A stretch of DNA of 39,993 bases from a virus. Taxonomy: Duplodnaviria > Heunggongvirae > Uroviricota > Caudoviricetes. Shown piece after piece: positions 35,837 to 39,993 of this stretch. The stretch is taken from the IMG/VR virus record IMGVR_UViG_2623620506_000005, positions 1 through 39,993 of that record. One strand, 5' to 3'. Numbering within the stretch: the stretch's first letter is position 1; each line of letters opens with the position of its first letter. The translations under genes were made by a program, and so were the position numbers. The notes under the pieces were generated by a model, which was not told the origin of the DNA, searched no databases, and saw only the letters and a list, made by a program, of their open reading frames with translations.

Positions 35837-37469
35837 CCTTAAAGCGAATATCCGGATCGGCGGCACAATCGATCCATCCTGGAAGAATTCTGTTGAAGGC
35901 CTGAAAAAAGGACTATCCGGAGCAACAAAGGAAGTCGCCCGTCTTACCCGCCAGCAGGATGTACTGAAACGAAAAATTCAGGCTGGGGTGCTGGCCGGGC
36001 AGGATATTACCGATCTGCGAAAGCAGTATGAAAAACTCGGCAAAAAAATTCATGATGCCACCGGAGAGCAGGACAAATTTAACCGTAAGCTGGCGCGCGC
36101 GGAACGTCTTGCTCGCTGGAAAGGGCGTGCAGGGACGGTTCTTAAAACCGGGCTGGGTCTTTCGGTTGGTTCCGGGCTTACGCTGGCAGCAGGTGCCGGC
36201 GCGGTACTGAACCGGAATTCGGAAACGGCAGAGCGGGCTGGGATCGCCCGGAGTTACGGAGTGGACTATGAAACCTACGCGGCGTGGGATTCACTTGGCC
36301 GACAGATGGGATTAAACGGCGAAAACGTCGGTGATTTGTTTGAGGAGTACCGGAACAAGGTTTTTGACGATGATAATGGTGCCACGGATAAAGGGGCCAT
36401 TCAGGAGGTCTTTGGCAAACTGGGACTGAAAGCCGGGGTGATGGCAGGGAAAAGTAACCAGGAGCAGGTCGAATTTTTATTTGATCGCTTACTGCAGGTA
36501 GAGAATGAACAGGTGGCAGCCGGGATGGCAGATGCGCTGTTTGGTGGAGAAGCCAATAAAATTCTGACCTGGATGCGTCTGTCAGGGAAAACTTACCGGG
36601 AGCTTATCAGTGAGCAGAAGCGCTATAACCTGGTGACAAAGGCAGGGGCTGATGGCGCAGTTCAGGGACATGTGGCACTGTCAAATCTCCGTAATGTTCT
36701 GAATTCTTCCATTGATGAAATCAGCGGACAGCTGGGTAATGAACTTGCCCCACATATTCAACAGGTGACGGATGATCTTGCGGCCTGGTTTAAGGATGGT
36801 GGGCTGGAAAAAATCCGGGCATTTATTCGTGATGATGCCCTGCCGGCGCTGATCGACATGGCTGCCTGGATGTGGAAATTTGGAAAAGTTCTGGCTGGAA
36901 TAACGCAGAAAGCCATTGAGTGGGGGCTGGCAGATGATCCGCGTCAGGACCGGCGAGAGGTACTGGAATATCTGGCAAAAATGGGGTCACCGGAGCTGGC
37001 GAGAGCGGTGGCGCAGAAAAACGGCCAGGGAGAATGGTTTGATGAACTGCTCAGGCAAAATCCGGACCTGACGAAACAGGTTGTACAGGCTTATAAAGAC
37101 ACCCGCGGTTATCTCCCCTGGAATCATGACGATAAAAAGTTTGATGCATTTCTCGACCCTCTGCTGGGGCCGAAAGAAGAACCTGATTTTAAGGCGATAA
37201 AAGAGAAATCCCGCACCTACATTGATGGACTTCATGCAGCAGATCCGGGGCAGGGTAATTCGGATCCCCTCTCAGCTCTTCAGTATACGCCCGGCAGTGT
37301 CAGCCAGGTGGAAGTAAAACCCACGTATCAGATACGGGCGGAATTTAACATCACTCAGAAGCCCGGCGAGGATGCCGGACAACTGGCAGACAGGGTAACG
37401 AAAAATCTGGGTGATATTCATTTTGGTCAGCGTTCCCGCATGACCGATGGTAATGCTTTCTGGGGGTGA
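35817..37469 (+). CDS. T: tail tape measure protein
   Basis: 550 aa, helical, Gly-rich segments; follows E/E'. Confidence 0.75.
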   Translation: MATVGDNLKANIRIGGTIDPSWKNSVEGLKKGLSGATKEVARLTRQQDVLKRKIQAGVLAGQDITDLRKQYEKLGKKIHDATGEQDKFNRKLARAERLARWKGRAGTVLKTGLGLSVGSGLTLAAGAGAVLNRNSETAERAGIARSYGVDYETYAAWDSLGRQMGLNGENVGDLFEEYRNKVFDDDNGATDKGAIQEVFGKLGLKAGVMAGKSNQEQVEFLFDRLLQVENEQVAAGMADALFGGEANKILTWMRLSGKTYRELISEQKRYNLVTKAGADGAVQGHVALSNLRNVLNSSIDEISGQLGNELAPHIQQVTDDLAAWFKDGGLEKIRAFIRDDALPALIDMAAWMWKFGKVLAGITQKAIEWGLADDPRQDRREVLEYLAKMGSPELARAVAQKNGQGEWFDELLRQNPDLTKQVVQAYKDTRGYLPWNHDDKKFDAFLDPLLGPKEEPDFKAIKEKSRTYIDGLHAADPGQGNSDPLSALQYTPGSVSQVEVKPTYQIRAEFNITQKPGEDAGQLADRVTKNLGDIHFGQRSRMTDGNAFWG

Positions 37470-37471
37470 AT

Positions 37472-37960
37472 ATGGTGGATTTGCTGGGCTGGGGCGTAAA
37501 CCGGCTTGAGCGTGAAGCATGGGACGCGGTGGGATCATTAACGGATGTCGCCTCCCGCGTCATGCTGTCGTTTGGTGAGTTTGAATTCAGTATTGATACT
37601 GCTGCTTATAACGCCATGAAGCGCACGATGGAATGGCGATGGGATGAACAACAGCTTATCGGAAAAAACGACCTGCTGCAGTATACCGGCAAGGGGGCCA
37701 GAACAATAACCCTTGAAGGTATGGCGCACGCGGGATTTCGTGACGGTGTGGGAATGGATGCCCTTGATACACTGGTTCAGATGGTGGATGACAATCCGGC
37801 CCCGCATCTTTTGGTCTCGAGCACAGGTGATGTGATGGGGTATTTCGTGGCAACCGCCTATTCAGATAACACCACGTCCTTTCTTCCCGGCGGTGCGCCG
37901 AAGAACAAAACGTTCACACTGGAGCTGAAATACTATGGCGAAAAACTGGCGGACTACTGA
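37472..37960 (+). CDS. U: tail protein U (P2 gpU-like)
   Basis: About 162 aa after the tape measure; ATG 37472 with GGGGGTGA RBS (track start GTG 37466). Confidence 0.75.
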   Translation: MVDLLGWGVNRLEREAWDAVGSLTDVASRVMLSFGEFEFSIDTAAYNAMKRTMEWRWDEQQLIGKNDLLQYTGKGARTITLEGMAHAGFRDGVGMDALDTLVQMVDDNPAPHLLVSSTGDVMGYFVATAYSDNTTSFLPGGAPKNKTFTLELKYYGEKLADY

Positions 37961-38153
37961 CGGCGATATGCTGGATGACATCTGCCAGAGACACTATGGC
38001 AGTGCCGGGCTTAACCAGTCACTGGCGGCGGTACTGGAAGCCAATCCCGGACTGGCTGACCTTGGTCCGGTCTATCCGGCGGGAGTGGAAATCGTGTTGC
38101 CGGACTGGGTATATGAACCGGAAGTGAAGGAGACGTTTCAGTTATGGGACTGA
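37935..38153 (+). CDS. X: tail protein X (P2 gpX-like, LysM-like)
   Basis: GDMLDDICQRHYG...LEANPGLADLGPVYPAGVEIVLPD parallels remembered P2 gpX. Confidence 0.8.
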   Translation: MAKNWRTTDGDMLDDICQRHYGSAGLNQSLAAVLEANPGLADLGPVYPAGVEIVLPDWVYEPEVKETFQLWD

Positions 38154-39232
38154 ATGAATATCAGCCGGATTTCAGCCTGACAGCGGAAGGCCAGGATATC
38201 ACGAAGGCCATAAAACGGGGGCTGGCTGAACTGCGATATACCGATAATGGTGCTGCCACAAAGCGGTCCGATGAACTGATGATAACGCTGTTCAGCGAGA
38301 CGCTAGCATTACCACCGAAAGGCGCGGTGTTAACGCTGGGACTGGGGTTCAACGGAAATCTGGTAAATAAAGGTACCTTTACAGTCTGTCAGGTGGCAAG
38401 TGGTGGTCCTCCCCGCCGGATCACCATTTATGCCACCGCAGCCCCCATGAATGCGTCAAAACATGGCGCAGACGTGACCGCACTGAAAACCCGGGCTTTC
38501 AGCGATATCACACTGGGCGACCTGGTGAAAACCATTGCCACTGAAAATAATCTGGTGGCGCGCGTCTCATCGGTGCTTGCTGATATTCATATCCCGTGGG
38601 TGATGCAGTCATCAGAATCTGATGCTGCCCTCTTGTCCCGCATTGCAGGTATGTACGGCGCCACCAGTAAACCGACCAGTGGCTACTGGTTATTTCTGGA
38701 ATACGGGGCATCACAGAGTACGGGGGGCAGAAATGCGCCTGAGATAACCATTACGCCGGGTATGGTATCAGACTGGGATTATCGTGAAGGTGAGCGACAG
38801 GGCGCTGCGGGTGGTGCGAAGGGGGATAAAAAGAGCGGGAAAGTTGGGGTCCGGTATTTTGATGCCCGTGACGGACGCACACGTGAAGTTAAAGTTGACG
38901 TGGAGTCAACAGATAAGCGACATCCGTTTACCCAGCCTGACCAGGGCACCGCAAAACACTGTGCAGAGTCGAAGGTTAAACGTGTGCAGAAAGCCGGACG
39001 CCAGATGACGATAACGTTGCCCTGCAGGCCGGAACTGCTGAAAGCAGGGGCGGAGATGCGTTTTGTCACGCAGGGATTTGGTGTACGTGAGGACCATCAC
39101 TGGCAGGCTGAGTCTGTGGAGTTTTCACTGGTACCGGGACAGGGATTTACGCTGAATCTGTCACTGACCACGGATATTTCTGCAAAGGGGAAAGCCAGTG
39201 GCAAGAAAAAAGGCGTCAATTATTTTGGTTAA
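38144..39232 (+). CDS. D: tail protein D (P2 gpD-like)
   Basis: 362 aa; P2 order U-(X)-D; RBS GAAGGAG. Confidence 0.8.
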   Translation: MGLNEYQPDFSLTAEGQDITKAIKRGLAELRYTDNGAATKRSDELMITLFSETLALPPKGAVLTLGLGFNGNLVNKGTFTVCQVASGGPPRRITIYATAAPMNASKHGADVTALKTRAFSDITLGDLVKTIATENNLVARVSSVLADIHIPWVMQSSESDAALLSRIAGMYGATSKPTSGYWLFLEYGASQSTGGRNAPEITITPGMVSDWDYREGERQGAAGGAKGDKKSGKVGVRYFDARDGRTREVKVDVESTDKRHPFTQPDQGTAKHCAESKVKRVQKAGRQMTITLPCRPELLKAGAEMRFVTQGFGVREDHHWQAESVEFSLVPGQGFTLNLSLTTDISAKGKASGKKKGVNYFG

Positions 39233-39256
39233 TGTTTTCTGAATCAGGAAATAAAC

Positions 39257-39993
39257 ATGTCTGTATTAATTTCGGGTGTGCTGACGGATGGCACGGGACT
39301 CCCCATGTCCGGATACCATATTATTCTGAAAGCCCGACAGAATACATCCGCAGTGGTTATGAGAACGGTGGCAACAGTGGTGACGGGGCCGGCAGGAGAA
39401 TATGCATTTGAGGCTCAGACCGGAAGATATGACGTTTATCTTCGGTCATGTATTGAAAGAGAATATTGTGTTGGTGATATTTCGGTTTACGACGACTCAA
39501 AGCCCGGCACACTGAACGACTTTCTGACTGCTCTCGATGAAGGTGACCTCAAACCCGACGTGGTGAAACGCTTTGAGGAAATAGTGGCGCAGGCGCAGCA
39601 GAGCGCGGAAGCGGCAGCGGAAAGCGAACGACAGGCAGGGCAACATGCTGAAGCGGCAACTCTGATAAAAGAGCAGGTTGAAACGCTGGCAGATAATGTT
39701 CAGCAGAATACAAATGCTGTGGAGCAAAACACGCAGCGCGTTGAACAGCTGGCCTCGCAGGTTGAGGATACCGCCGAAGAAGTCAGGCAGGATGCTGAAG
39801 CCGCCAAACAGGCCGCATCCGATGCAGAGCAGGCCAGAGATGAAATTGATGTTGCGTTATCTGCAACGCTGAAAACGGCGAATCACCTGTCAGAAATTGC
39901 AGCAGAGGGGGAAGATGCTCAGCAGGAATCCCGAGACAATCTGGGGTTGAAAAGTGCTGCAACGATGGATGTACAAACAGACATTTACAACCG
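39257..39993 (+). CDS. tail fibre protein, N-terminal part (prophage tail-fibre N-terminal domain plus coiled-coil region), 3'-truncated by window end
   Basis: MSVLISGVLTDGTGLPMSGYHIILKARQNT... followed by Ala/Glu/Gln-rich heptad repeats; ORF is open at the window end. Confidence 0.6.
   Translation, partial: MSVLISGVLTDGTGLPMSGYHIILKARQNTSAVVMRTVATVVTGPAGEYAFEAQTGRYDVYLRSCIEREYCVGDISVYDDSKPGTLNDFLTALDEGDLKPDVVKRFEEIVAQAQQSAEAAAESERQAGQHAEAATLIKEQVETLADNVQQNTNAVEQNTQRVEQLASQVEDTAEEVRQDAEAAKQAASDAEQARDEIDVALSATLKTANHLSEIAAEGEDAQQESRDNLGLKSAATMDVQTDIYN

Overview
This window reads as a near-complete segment of a lambdoid temperate prophage of an enterobacterial host, with a lambda-like early/head module joined to a P2-like contractile tail module. 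Left to right: a CI-like repressor and Cro-like gene divergent around a three-site operator (1.8-2.8 kb); a replication gene with internal iterons (3.2-4.3 kb); a large stand-alone nuclease/NTPase/SEC-C gene (5.0-7.8 kb); a hok/gef-type toxin; DUF968, RusA and a Q antiterminator (8.7-10.8 kb); an accessory island in the late-operon leader (C5-methyltransferase, convergent HEPN + DUF262 operon, small wHTH gene, N-methyltransferase; 10.8-15.3 kb); tRNA-Thr and tRNA-Gly; a lysis cassette with a GH108 endolysin; a cos-like region with terminase Nu1/A; lambda-like W, B, C, D, E, FI, FII; then P2-like V, W, J, I, H, Tfa, sheath, tube, E/E', tape measure, U, X, D and a tail fibre gene running off the end. 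The two best candidates for an undescribed system are the 932-aa protein at 5001-7799 and the HEPN-DUF262 pair at 11837-13686. All calls come from reading the translations and DNA by eye; no database search or computation was run, and several CDS starts were re-chosen from the ORF track by RBS spacing or alignment to remembered homologs.
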